Of a stretch of 64,000 nt of DNA, positions 19,089 through 26,890 are shown in pieces. Origin of the DNA: a virus. Positions within the stretch are counted from its first letter, which is position 1, and every line of letters begins with the position of its first letter. The notes under the pieces were generated by a model. It made no database searches and had not been told where the DNA came from. It worked only from the letters and a program-made list of their open reading frames with translations. Where the stretch lies: the IMG/VR virus record IMGVR_UViG_3300044618_000713, positions 1 to 64,000 of that record; one strand, 5' to 3'. Position numbers and translations under genes: made by a program.

Positions 19089-19724
19089 TTACCTCTTGCT
19101 TCCTGTTCCGGGGCCAAACTTCTCCATGCCGCCGCGCGACGAGCGGCTTGCGCCGCCGGTCGAACGGCTTGCGCTAGATGTAGCTGTCCGGTTACCCGTC
19201 ATGCTTGACACGTTGCGGCCGCTGCTGTCTTTGCGCGGGCCAGCCTCGCCTCTTTTTGCCATGGCATTGCGCTGCATCTGCTGGAAGGCTGTACCACCAG
19301 TTTTTGTCGCAACGCCAGCCTTGGTCACGGTCGAGCCAGTCGTCTTGCCGCTGGTAAAGCCCGTTGTGTCGCCCGTTGCGCGGTTGACCGCCATGCGGGC
19401 GGGTGCGGTTGCAGGGGCGTTGGCAGGCGTAACGCGCTCAGAAACGGTCGTGCGAATAACCTGCGGAGGCTTGGGCTTGGGCTTGGGCACGGGCGCGGCG
19501 GCTTTCTGCTTAAGTTTGGCCAACTGCTGCCTGCTGTACTCGTCCATGCGCTGGCCAACGGGCTTTACGGGCCCAATCGGCTTGCTGTACTTTATGCCAA
19601 AGGGGCCAAAACCGCCCGACAATTTGCTCTTTGGTTGCGTACTTCCTTGAAAGTCGCCTTTGTAGTCGGCGGTGTTGGGAATTTGACCGCGGTCTGATTT
19701 ATACGCAACAGAACGTTTAGCCAT
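19089..19724 (-). CDS. Highly basic low-complexity protein
   Basis: Lys/Arg/Thr/Ser/Gly-rich 211 aa, abutting its neighbours in the late operon. Confidence 0.6.
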   Translation of the reverse strand: MAKRSVAYKSDRGQIPNTADYKGDFQGSTQPKSKLSGGFGPFGIKYSKPIGPVKPVGQRMDEYSRQQLAKLKQKAAAPVPKPKPKPPQVIRTTVSERVTPANAPATAPARMAVNRATGDTTGFTSGKTTGSTVTKAGVATKTGGTAFQQMQRNAMAKRGEAGPRKDSSGRNVSSMTGNRTATSSASRSTGGASRSSRGGMEKFGPGTGSKR

Positions 19725-19725
19725 C

Positions 19726-19866
19726 TTACTTGCCCTTTTTGTTCTGTGCCTTGCGCTTCGTCGCGTAGGCGATGGCCACAGACTGCTTTGCGGGTTTGCC
19801 CGCAGCCATTTCAGTCTTGATATTCTTGCGGAAGGCGGATTTACTGGAGTTTTTGACTAACGGCAT
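19726..19866 (-). CDS. Small basic protein (46 aa, not in ORF track)
   Basis: Translated by hand: MPLVKNSSKSAFRKNIKTEMAAGKPAKQSVAIAYATKRKAQNKKGK. Confidence 0.75.
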   Translation of the reverse strand: MPLVKNSSKSAFRKNIKTEMAAGKPAKQSVAIAYATKRKAQNKKGK

Positions 19867-19867
19867 G

Positions 19868-20080
19868 TCACTTGTCCTTTCTGGAGCCCTTGACGCGCTT
19901 CATGCCGGGCAGCCCGCCGTAGCTGGACAGCGACCGCTGCGCGGTTTTGGCTGATTTCTTGAAGTCGGCGGCAGTTGGAGCACCTTTGGCGCCAACTTTC
20001 CGCATCTTTTCGCCTGATCCGGCGGCAATGCGGGCCTTTTTAGCGTGAATTGCAGCGTAAAGTCCGGGTTTCTTGGCCAT
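19868..20080 (-). CDS. Small basic protein
   Basis: KPGLYAAIHAK..RI.AGSGEKMRK.G.KGAPTA.DFKKSAKTA, a recurrent phage motif. Confidence 0.75.
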   Translation of the reverse strand: MAKKPGLYAAIHAKKARIAAGSGEKMRKVGAKGAPTAADFKKSAKTAQRSLSSYGGLPGMKRVKGSRKDK

Positions 20081-20081
20081 T

Positions 20082-20339
20082 TTAGCACTTCCACCGTCTC
20101 ATTGAGGCTTTGGCGCGGCTGCCTTCGCCTGCTTTGGCTGCAATTGGTCGCATACGCTTACAAAACGACGTTTTTCGCGCCTGTTCTGCATCATTACGCG
20201 GGTTTGGCGCGGGCGGCTTCAACTTGCTGCCCGTCGCCTTGTTGTACTTGGCACGTCCCTTGGCCGTCAGCCCGGCGCCCTTGCTGACGGGCAGCTTCTC
20301 ACCGCGTCCTACCGACAAAGATACGCCTTTGCGCGCCAT
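20082..20339 (-). CDS. Small basic protein (DUF6321-like)
   Basis: GLTAKGRAKYN...GS.LK...RK.SFC.RM...RRWKC; TGATG coupling to terL. Confidence 0.7.
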   Translation of the reverse strand: MARKGVSLSVGRGEKLPVSKGAGLTAKGRAKYNKATGSKLKPPAPNPRNDAEQARKTSFCKRMRPIAAKAGEGSRAKASMRRWKC

Positions 20340-21865
20340 CAGGAACCTAGCCAAGAGGTTGAAACACTTGACTGACCATAAGCCTTGCGCGGCGTCCTGT
20401 CAACGCGCTCGCCTCTGGAGGCCACGGGGAACGCGAATGTAACGGCTATCGCGTCTGCGGCGTCGGGGCTTGCGAGCCCACGGGCTTTCATCTCCTTCTT
20501 GCCTTCGAGGAAGATCGTGCCCTTGCTGTCCGGCTTCATCAGCGGCGAGATCAGGTCCGTCTTCAGCACCCGGTCGGGTGGGATCGACGCGGTCTTCAAC
20601 CATTCCCGCATGGCTCCCCACATCTCGGCCCGCTTGTTGCCGTACATGACCGGCTTGCTGCTCTTGGACCCAAAGTTCACCCCCTTGACCTTGTACCGCT
20701 GCTCCTTGAGCCGGTCCACGACCCCCGCGCCCAGCCCGCCCTCGTCGATCACCACCATCGTCGGCTGGAACTCTTCCATCGCCTCGATGACGCGACCGAC
20801 TACTTCCATGGTGTCGTCACCGCGGTAGCGCTTGATTGCCACGATGTCTCGGCCTTGCCGTACCGCGATAACTGTAGCGTCGGCACCGAAGCGTGCCGGG
20901 TCCACGCCGAGGACCACTGGAGCCGAGGCGTCCTTATAGCGGGGTCGTCCCATGGCGTCGTCGACGAGATGGATCGGGATGAACTGGTCATCTCCAGCCG
21001 AGGGAAACTCACCGTAGACCTCAACATGCGCCTGAACGCTGTCAGGCCCGTATTCGAGGATGATCTGCTCATAGACCGCCTTGTCCGTTCCTTCGACCGT
21101 GCGGGCGTCCACGGTCTTGTTGCGCCAGAAGTCCCGCTTGGCGTTGAACGCCTCGTAGAAGTAGCCCGTGTTGCGGCGGGGGTTGGAGAACGCCATCCAG
21201 AAGCGGTTGGGCGTGTTCTCGGTGAAGAAGCCCGCTGCCACCTGCCAGATGCTGTCGGAGATACCGCTGGCTTCGTCGAACACCAGCATTACACCATCGA
21301 AGTTGTGCACGCCCGCGTAGGCGTCCGGGTTCTCTTCCGACCACAGTCGCCCCTCGACGCCCCAGTAGCGCGTGCCCTTCTTCAGGTCGCGCTCGACCAG
21401 CTCGGCCAGCCACTTGGCGGGCATGACGCGGGTAGCCGAGACCTCGAACCAGTGACTGTTCAACGCGAGCGCCAGCCACTTGGTGATCTCGGCCCAGGTG
21501 ATCGACCGGAGCTGCGTCTCGGAGTTGGCCGACACGATGGTGCTGGACCCGATCCGGGTCGTCAGCATCCAGATGATGAGCCACGAGACGAGGGCCGACT
21601 TGCCGATGCCGCGGCCGGAAGACACGGCCATGCGGAGCACGTCGAAGTCCACCTTGCCGCTGTTCTGCCTGATGTGCTCGGCCAGATCGCGCAGCACCTC
21701 GCGCTGCCACTTGCGCGGGCCAGAGAAGTGCTCCAGCGGCGTGCCGGGCTGCCCCCACGGAAACAGCCACATCACGAACTTGAGCGGGTCGTCCTTGAGC
21801 GACGGCGCCCACAGGGACGCCATCAGGTTCTGCTCGTCCTCAGCGCTGTAGCGCGTGGTCTGCAT
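20339..21865 (-). CDS. terL: Terminase large subunit
   Basis: Walker A SGRGIGKS, Walker B VFDEASG, nuclease GVDPARFGAD and SPDAADA. Confidence 0.95.
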   Translation of the reverse strand: MQTTRYSAEDEQNLMASLWAPSLKDDPLKFVMWLFPWGQPGTPLEHFSGPRKWQREVLRDLAEHIRQNSGKVDFDVLRMAVSSGRGIGKSALVSWLIIWMLTTRIGSSTIVSANSETQLRSITWAEITKWLALALNSHWFEVSATRVMPAKWLAELVERDLKKGTRYWGVEGRLWSEENPDAYAGVHNFDGVMLVFDEASGISDSIWQVAAGFFTENTPNRFWMAFSNPRRNTGYFYEAFNAKRDFWRNKTVDARTVEGTDKAVYEQIILEYGPDSVQAHVEVYGEFPSAGDDQFIPIHLVDDAMGRPRYKDASAPVVLGVDPARFGADATVIAVRQGRDIVAIKRYRGDDTMEVVGRVIEAMEEFQPTMVVIDEGGLGAGVVDRLKEQRYKVKGVNFGSKSSKPVMYGNKRAEMWGAMREWLKTASIPPDRVLKTDLISPLMKPDSKGTIFLEGKKEMKARGLASPDAADAIAVTFAFPVASRGERVDRTPRKAYGQSSVSTSWLGS

Positions 21866-22269
21866 TATTTGCGGCGGCTCATAAAGCCTGTAAACGCCGA
21901 CATTGCATTGCGCGTGTTTGCGTTGCCGCCAGAAAAAACGCCGGACAACAGGTCAGCAAACGCATTTCCTTGCTGCGATGGCGCAGGTTCCTCGGGCGGC
22001 GACATGAACTGGTAGAACATCTTGCCCCGGCTGCCCAGCATGGACGGGCCCACTATGCGCAGCAGTTGTTCTATAGACTGCGCGCGGTCACCAAGGTCTT
22101 CGCGAAATTCTGGTCTCAAGGTCCAGCCGGAATAGTCAGAGAACATTGGCCGCGCGCGGCGTTGGTTTTGGCCAAAATCAAACCTTTGGCCTGCCGTGCC
22201 GGGGGTGCGCCCAAACAATCCTGTAACAAGTTGTTTTTGCGCCGAAATGTCAGGTGATTTCGGAAACAT
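21865..22269 (-). CDS. Hypothetical protein between terS and terL
   Basis: GGAGG RBS; stop coupled to terL start. Confidence 0.6.
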   Translation of the reverse strand: MFPKSPDISAQKQLVTGLFGRTPGTAGQRFDFGQNQRRARPMFSDYSGWTLRPEFREDLGDRAQSIEQLLRIVGPSMLGSRGKMFYQFMSPPEEPAPSQQGNAFADLLSGVFSGGNANTRNAMSAFTGFMSRRK

Positions 22270-22672
22270 GCGTTACCTCCGTTGCAACAAGGTCAATTAC
22301 GCGCCGCTGCGCCTCTTCCAACGCCGCCGTGATGCTGATCTTCTGCTCGATGCTGACCTCGACCGCCTGCTTGGCCACCCACCCATGGGCGTAGCGCAAC
22401 ATCTCGGTCGCCGCCTTGGCGTCGCCCGCCTCGGCAGCGGCGTACAGGGTGGTGGCCATGGCGCGCTCGCCCTCGGCGCGGCCCTTCTGTTCGGCGTACT
22501 CTGCGATGGGGTCCATCTGGCAGAGCTTGCGATACTCGACCGGCGTCATGCCAGCGGCGAGTGCCAGGCTGTCGCCCTTGAGCCCCAGCTTGGCAGCCGC
22601 GTAGATCGCCTCCAGACGCGCCTCGGTGGCGGTCAGTGGACGCGGGTCGTAGGGCAGTGAGTGGAAGGTCAT
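22250..22672 (-). CDS. terS: Terminase small subunit
   Basis: HTH-like N-terminus, KGRAEGE...AEAGDAKAA..ML...HGW; upstream of terL; start trimmed to MTFHS. Confidence 0.75.
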   Translation of the reverse strand: MTFHSLPYDPRPLTATEARLEAIYAAAKLGLKGDSLALAAGMTPVEYRKLCQMDPIAEYAEQKGRAEGERAMATTLYAAAEAGDAKAATEMLRYAHGWVAKQAVEVSIEQKISITAALEEAQRRVIDLVATEVTHVSEIT

Positions 22673-22678
22673 GACGTC

Positions 22679-22707
22679 AAGATAGCGCGGGTTGGCTGTT
22701 TGAGCAA
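22679..22707 (-). promoter_or_regulatory. Late promoter, leaderless
   Basis: TTGCTC-N17-TATCTT-N6-ATG of terS. Confidence 0.55.
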
Positions 22708-22939
22708 GCGTCAAGTATTTTGTTGTGAGCGTGGAGAAAAAATAAAAAAATTCGTGCAGCCCTTGGCCACGGCAACAGCAGCCGCGCTTGGCCCTGCCCC
22801 CCCCTCCCCTCTGAGCACTCGCAGCAAAATGCTGCACTGCACCAATCTGCTAGCATGGTAGCAGGCTAGCCTAGCTAGCATGCTAACATGTTAGTTGCTG
22901 GCGTGCGCGCCTGGCGGCTATGTGCTGTGGACCTTTCTG

Positions 22940-23224
22940 TCACCAGAAACGTTTCGTCCTCAGATTGGCGCGCCAGCTTCCCGGCATGAACTGTCCACGC
23001 TGCCCGACGCGGAAGCGTCGGCCGCCAGCTTCGCAGTAGACAATGCTAAGAGGCGTGCGCACGCCTATCTTTAACAGGCATGGAAGCAATGGCTCAATCG
23101 CCAGCGCCAGCGTTTGCTTGTGACTTGACGTAATGATTTCGTCGCTTGCTAGCGTGGATAGTGTGTCATCCAGCGTCGCAGTATTGTCGGCGTAAGTGTC
23201 GGCGTAGACATAAAGCTGTGCCAT
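22940..23224 (-). CDS. Hypothetical protein (94 aa)
   Basis: AAAGGA RBS and upstream TTGCAA-N17-TAGATT promoter (23261-23289). Confidence 0.55.
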   Translation of the reverse strand: MAQLYVYADTYADNTATLDDTLSTLASDEIITSSHKQTLALAIEPLLPCLLKIGVRTPLSIVYCEAGGRRFRVGQRGQFMPGSWRANLRTKRFW

Positions 23225-23319
23225 GCGGCTAGTCCTTTCTAGCGTTTTGTTTGCTCTAACAATCTAGCAGACTAACAGCGGGATTGCAAGCGCCGGGGCA
23301 GCGGAGAGGTGACGTAGCG

Positions 23320-23540
23320 TCACTGTGGGGTAGTGTGGGGTAATGTAGAACGTTAATTTTACTCGAAGTCGCCCTTCCAGTAACAGCACACTATTATATT
23401 AGCATTTACTAATATACACTTAACAGTCCTTTAACTAGAGAGATAACCCATATTACCCAAGAGCCGATGGCGTATAGCTTTTAGCCCCGCTCTGCATTGC
23501 CCCACGTCGTACCCCACGCGTACCCCAGCCATTGCCCAAA
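23320..23540. other. Candidate replication origin or genome-end region
   Basis: Non-coding; GTGGGGTA repeats on the left and TACCCCA/TTACCCA repeats on the right flank an AT-rich core. Confidence 0.4.
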
Positions 23541-23569
23541 AGAAAACGGCGGCCGTTTGGCCGCCGTTT
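23538..23569 (-). terminator. Rho-independent terminator
   Basis: AAACGGCGGCC-AAAC-GGCCGCCGTTT followed by TCTTTT on the minus strand. Confidence 0.75.
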
Positions 23570-23611
23570 GCTTACTACACGCCAGCGTGTAGCACGTCCT
23601 GCTACGCCGCG

Positions 23612-23752
23612 TCAATAGACACGCCTCAGCTTTTTGAACTCCACGGCGTAGCCATTGTTGACGTACAGTGGAACAATCTGAAAGCGATGCTGGTTGGCAC
23701 CAATCCAGTTAGCCATTGCGTGCGAGGTCTTGAAGCGCTTTGTGGTCCACAT
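23612..23752 (-). CDS. Hypothetical early protein (46 aa)
   Basis: AAGGA RBS, own promoter and terminator. Confidence 0.6.
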   Translation of the reverse strand: MWTTKRFKTSHAMANWIGANQHRFQIVPLYVNNGYAVEFKKLRRVY

Positions 23753-23787
23753 GGTCCGTTTCCTTGTGTTGTGTTGACAATACGTGG

Positions 23788-23859
23788 ACACTAGCACGAA
23801 AGAAAAAGTGGTGTCAACAAATATTTGTTGTTGACATTATGTGAGCAGTTCGCTATTCT
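23788..23859. promoter_or_regulatory. Back-to-back sigma70 promoters with a 16-bp palindrome between them
   Basis: Plus TTGACA(23831)-N17-TATTCT; minus TTGACA(23817)-N18-TAGTGT; CAACAAATATTTGTTG at 23815-23830. Confidence 0.75.
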
Positions 23860-23885
23860 GCGTCTATCAACCACGGAGAACGGAA

Positions 23886-24029
23886 ATGGAAACGACAATC
23901 ACAACGCGGGCCGGAAACAAAATCACAGGAATCTTCACTACCTACACAGACGACACGGACACGGTTAAGATCACAAAGGGAAAATGGAAAGGCAAGCACA
24001 TACTGATCAAGAAAACGGACCGCGCCTAG
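23886..24029 (+). CDS. Hypothetical early protein (47 aa)
   Basis: GGAG RBS; first gene after the promoter; TAG stop adjoins the repeated hairpin. Confidence 0.6.
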   Translation: METTITTRAGNKITGIFTTYTDDTDTVKITKGKWKGKHILIKKTDRA

Positions 24030-24032
24030 GGC

Positions 24033-24077
24033 GCGGTCTAGCAGGCGGCCGCCATGCGCGGCCGCTCACTAGACCGC
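24033..24077 (+). repeat. Structured intergenic element, copy 1
   Basis: GCGGTCTAG-CAG-GCGGCCGC-CATGC-GCGGCCGC-TCA-CTAGACCGC. Confidence 0.8.
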
Positions 24078-24105
24078 ACCACAAACACGGAAGGGAAACA
24101 CCACG

Positions 24106-24348
24106 ATGACACACGAAGAGTATCCTGGCGAAAACGCGCTTTTTGACGCGGAATATGCCGACTATCAGCGCCGTGCGCGCAACATTGACGACTGGGCGCG
24201 CGCCCAGTACGCGGCCGGAAAGATGTCCGAAGCTCAGATCGAGCGCGCCGTCGAGCGCATGTTTGACGCGCTTGACGACGCGTATATGCCGTCGCGTCAT
24301 GCCGGGTTTACCGGCGCGCAATCGCTTTCTGATTTTATGGGAGAATAA
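24106..24348 (+). CDS. Hypothetical early protein (80 aa)
   Basis: GGAAGGGA RBS; acidic, helical. Confidence 0.65.
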   Translation: MTHEEYPGENALFDAEYADYQRRARNIDDWARAQYAAGKMSEAQIERAVERMFDALDDAYMPSRHAGFTGAQSLSDFMGE

Positions 24349-24350
24349 CA

Positions 24351-24515
24351 ATGGAAAGCTACTGGTACGCATACGGGTACACGTCGCGCGTCAAAGCCGA
24401 AATTGCCCTAGAGATTGCCTACAATCGCGGCGACGTCCTGCCCGGCGAGAACCCCCGCGTTGAACCGTACCGCACACGCGACGGCGCCAAAGCCTATGGT
24501 ATCCGCGTTAACTAG
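24351..24515 (+). CDS. Hypothetical early protein (54 aa, not in ORF track)
   Basis: GGAG RBS; MESYWYAYGYTSRVKAEIALE...YGIRVN; stop lies inside hairpin copy 2. Confidence 0.65.
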   Translation: MESYWYAYGYTSRVKAEIALEIAYNRGDVLPGENPRVEPYRTRDGAKAYGIRVN

Positions 24516-24574
24516 GCTCTAGCAGACGGGCGGCAAGCCGCCCGTTCACTAGATCCTAGTCTAAACTCAACCAA
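24511..24574 (+). repeat. Structured intergenic element, copy 2
   Basis: ACTAGG-C-TCTAG-CAG-ACGGGCGGC-AA-GCCGCCCGT-TCA-CTAGA-T-CCTAGT-CTAAACTCAACCAA. Confidence 0.85.
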
Positions 24575-24591
24575 GGAAGGGAAACGACACT

Positions 24592-24834
24592 ATGAAAAAC
24601 AGCGAAATGAAGGCCAATCGCTTTCTGACATGGCACAAGGCGCGCCGCCGCGTCGCCTACATCCAGTCCAATCTTAATCTCGGCCGCACTGTGTACCTTT
24701 GCACCATGACCAAGGCCACCAAGCTCACCTCGAAGCACATTGGCATGGTGAAGGCGGCAAAGAACGGCGCGTTCGTCCAGAGCGGAAAGAGCTGGGTTTG
24801 CATTGATGGCTGCAGCATCAAGGTTGCCGCCTAG
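24592..24834 (+). CDS. Hypothetical early protein (80 aa, basic)
   Basis: AAGGAAGG RBS; stop lies inside hairpin copy 3. Confidence 0.65.
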   Translation: MKNSEMKANRFLTWHKARRRVAYIQSNLNLGRTVYLCTMTKATKLTSKHIGMVKAAKNGAFVQSGKSWVCIDGCSIKVAA

Positions 24835-24894
24835 GCACTGGCATGACGGCGCCGCGGGCGCCGTCTCACTAGTCCCTAGTCTAAACTCAACCAA
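24831..24894 (+). repeat. Structured intergenic element, copy 3
   Basis: CTAGG-C-ACTGG-CAT-GACGGCGCC-GCG-GGCGCCGTC-TCA-CTAGT-C-CCTAGT-CTAAACTCAACCAA. Confidence 0.85.
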
Positions 24895-24908
24895 AAGAGG
24901 ATACTACA

Positions 24909-25520
24909 ATGCTAATCGCAACTGACATTCTCAAGGCCGCGCTGTTTTGCGCGTCATCTGAGGAGAGCCGCTACTATCTCCGCGGCGTGCACCTGTCCAC
25001 GTCCGGTCACCTGGTGACAACGGACGGTCACAGGATGTTTGTCGCCCGGCTAAATGATCGCCCGGCTGCCGACGTCATCGTGCCCTATGCCGACGTCGCC
25101 GCGGCGCTCAAGCTCGCAGGCGCGCGCTGCAAAGATATAGAGGTGACGGTTGACGTGACCGGAAGCGCGCTCCCGCAAGTGACCGGCAAAATCCACTCGA
25201 TTGCCTATACGCCCGTTGACGGTACTTTTCCCGATTGGCGCCGCGTCGTGCCGACGGGCGAGGAACTGCCGTCCGGCAAGCCGGACGACGCGCCCGGTAA
25301 CGTCCACTTCAATCACGCCTATGTCGGCGATTTGGCAAAGATGGGGAAACTGCTAGGCGGCTCGTCTATGTTGCACCCTGTTAGCGCCAGCCATCCCTGC
25401 CTCGTGACGTTCGGCGAGCGCGAAGATTGCCTTGCCGTGCTCATGCCAGTGCGCCGCGGCTCCGGCATACAAGGCGAAGCCGGGTTCGGCTCGCACGTCA
25501 AGCGCCGCGTGATCGGCTGA
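24909..25520 (+). CDS. DNA polymerase III beta-clamp-like protein (short)
   Basis: AS.EESRYYLRGVH...VTTDGHRM...VDGTFPDWRRVVP...AVLMPVR, matching DnaN motifs. Confidence 0.8.
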   Translation: MLIATDILKAALFCASSEESRYYLRGVHLSTSGHLVTTDGHRMFVARLNDRPAADVIVPYADVAAALKLAGARCKDIEVTVDVTGSALPQVTGKIHSIAYTPVDGTFPDWRRVVPTGEELPSGKPDDAPGNVHFNHAYVGDLAKMGKLLGGSSMLHPVSASHPCLVTFGEREDCLAVLMPVRRGSGIQGEAGFGSHVKRRVIG

Positions 25521-25530
25521 CAACTAAAGC

Positions 25531-25560
25531 TTGACGGGCGGCACATGCCGCCCGTATACT
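25531..25560 (+). promoter_or_regulatory. Sigma70-like promoter with a hairpin spacer
   Basis: TTGACG-N18-TATACT; ACGGGCGGCA-CA-TGCCGCCCGT inverted repeat. Confidence 0.6.
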
Positions 25561-25593
25561 TTCCACGCAATGTCAACTAATGGAGACTACACT

Positions 25594-25836
25594 ATGTGCA
25601 ATGGATGGAAGAACCGCGAAACTTGGCTCGTCAACTTGTGGTTCGGCGACAACTTCGCAATGGACGCCGACGACGGCGTTGAAATCACGGCCGACTATAT
25701 CCGCGACATTGTCGAGAACTACGTCGACGAAATCGTCCCCGCGTCGTCGTTCATCGCGGACATGATGGACATGAACACTATTGATTACGACGAACTCGCC
25801 CGCCACTACGCTCCGGAGATGGCCGATGCTGAGTGA
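25594..25836 (+). CDS. Hypothetical early protein (NGWKNRETWLVNLW family)
   Basis: GGAG RBS; recurrent phage N-terminal motif. Confidence 0.7.
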   Translation: MCNGWKNRETWLVNLWFGDNFAMDADDGVEITADYIRDIVENYVDEIVPASSFIADMMDMNTIDYDELARHYAPEMADAE

Positions 25837-25924
25837 TAGCCTGTACCTTGCCGCGCAACTCGCCAAGGTCGCCCTGCTATGCGGGGCGGCCTACACCTTC
25901 ACCTACTTCATGCTTGCGATATAG
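25826..25924 (+). CDS. Small hydrophobic protein (32 aa)
   Basis: MLSDSLYLAAQLAKVALLCGAAYTFTYFMLAI; GGAG RBS; fills the gap between genes. Confidence 0.45.
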   Translation: MLSDSLYLAAQLAKVALLCGAAYTFTYFMLAI

Positions 25925-25934
25925 GAGGGAAACA

Positions 25935-26246
25935 ATGTCTTATCTCTATGTGCCCGTGACCATTGGGGTCTATCGCGGCGACGTCCACTTGACCGATTTC
26001 GATTGCGAAGCCCGCGTTGACTATGAGCTGCCGGATGGCCCGTCTGGCGTGCTCGACTGGGACGTCACCGCGTTCCATTTCGCAGGCAAGCACAACGGCA
26101 AGCCGGTCTATACCGAAATCGGACGCACAGATCCGCTCTGGAAGGATCTGTACGCCCACATGGACCGCGAGTGGATCCACGATCAAGCCCGCGAGGCCCT
26201 TGCGGCCGACGGTATATGCAACATCTATCTGGACCCGGACCTATGA
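25935..26246 (+). CDS. Hypothetical protein (103 aa)
   Basis: AGGAGG RBS before MSYLY. Confidence 0.65.
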   Translation: MSYLYVPVTIGVYRGDVHLTDFDCEARVDYELPDGPSGVLDWDVTAFHFAGKHNGKPVYTEIGRTDPLWKDLYAHMDREWIHDQAREALAADGICNIYLDPDL

Positions 26247-26422
26247 CGCGGCCACTATACGACGCCCGCGGCCTAGCGCCGGACCCGGAGCGGCTCGCGG
26301 AGGCGCACCATGTGCGCCGCGACCCGGACACTGACGAAGTATCGTGGCCACCGTCGCGCATGGCGGCGGTACTGCGTGAACTCAAACTTATAGATGAAAA
26401 GGAACTCGACCGTGACACATGA
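26243..26422 (+). CDS. Hypothetical protein (59 aa)
   Basis: ATGA coupling to the upstream gene. Confidence 0.5.
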   Translation: MTRPLYDARGLAPDPERLAEAHHVRRDPDTDEVSWPPSRMAAVLRELKLIDEKELDRDT

Positions 26423-26684
26423 CTTCACCTACTTGAACCAACTCAGCGGTGTCGATCTGCTCGACCGCGCGCACCGCGGCGCTTGGATCGGCCCGGAGGC
26501 GCACATGATCCGCGCGCTTGCCGAACGGCTGGAGGAACACCTCGACGCTGTCGCTGATTACGACGCCATCAATGCCGCCCTCATGGACGCAAACCAGCGC
26601 GCAGAGGCTCTGGAAGATGAGCTTAACAATTGGAAATCCATCGCTGAAGCGCTGAACGGCCGCGTGAAGGAATTGACCTATTGA
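26394..26684 (+). CDS. Hypothetical coiled-coil protein
   Basis: Helical, coupled to neighbours; start may be GTG at 26412. Confidence 0.55.
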   Translation: MKRNSTVTHDFTYLNQLSGVDLLDRAHRGAWIGPEAHMIRALAERLEEHLDAVADYDAINAALMDANQRAEALEDELNNWKSIAEALNGRVKELTY

Positions 26685-26890
26685 CCCCGGACTTCGCCTA
26701 TTGGGCAGGCCATTGCAGCGCGTTTGACGACGCGACCCTGCTACGCTTCCTTGCCGCCGTGGAGGCCCGCCGCAACCGCTACGACGCGGCCCTTGCGGCC
26801 GCGCAAGCGGAGGCCATGCGCCGCAACCTCATAAAAGAAAAGGCCCCCGTCACCGGGGGCCAGTCAACAACGGGGAGGAAACAGCCTTGA
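26681..26890 (+). CDS. Hypothetical protein (69 aa)
   Basis: TTGA coupling; AAGGA RBS. Confidence 0.5.
   Translation: MTPDFAYWAGHCSAFDDATLLRFLAAVEARRNRYDAALAAAQAEAMRRNLIKEKAPVTGGQSTTGRKQP
26833..26861 (-). terminator. Minus-strand rho-independent terminator
   Basis: GGCCCCCG-GTGA-CGGGGGCC-TTTTCTTTT. Confidence 0.65.

Noticed and set aside
22673-22837. N-terminal extension of terS
   Set aside because: Runs through the promoter and A-tract; the start at 22672 fits better
24025-24894. CRISPR array or true integron
   Set aside because: Repeats are not identical, the spacers are whole genes, and there is no cas operon, integron integrase or GTTRRRY core site
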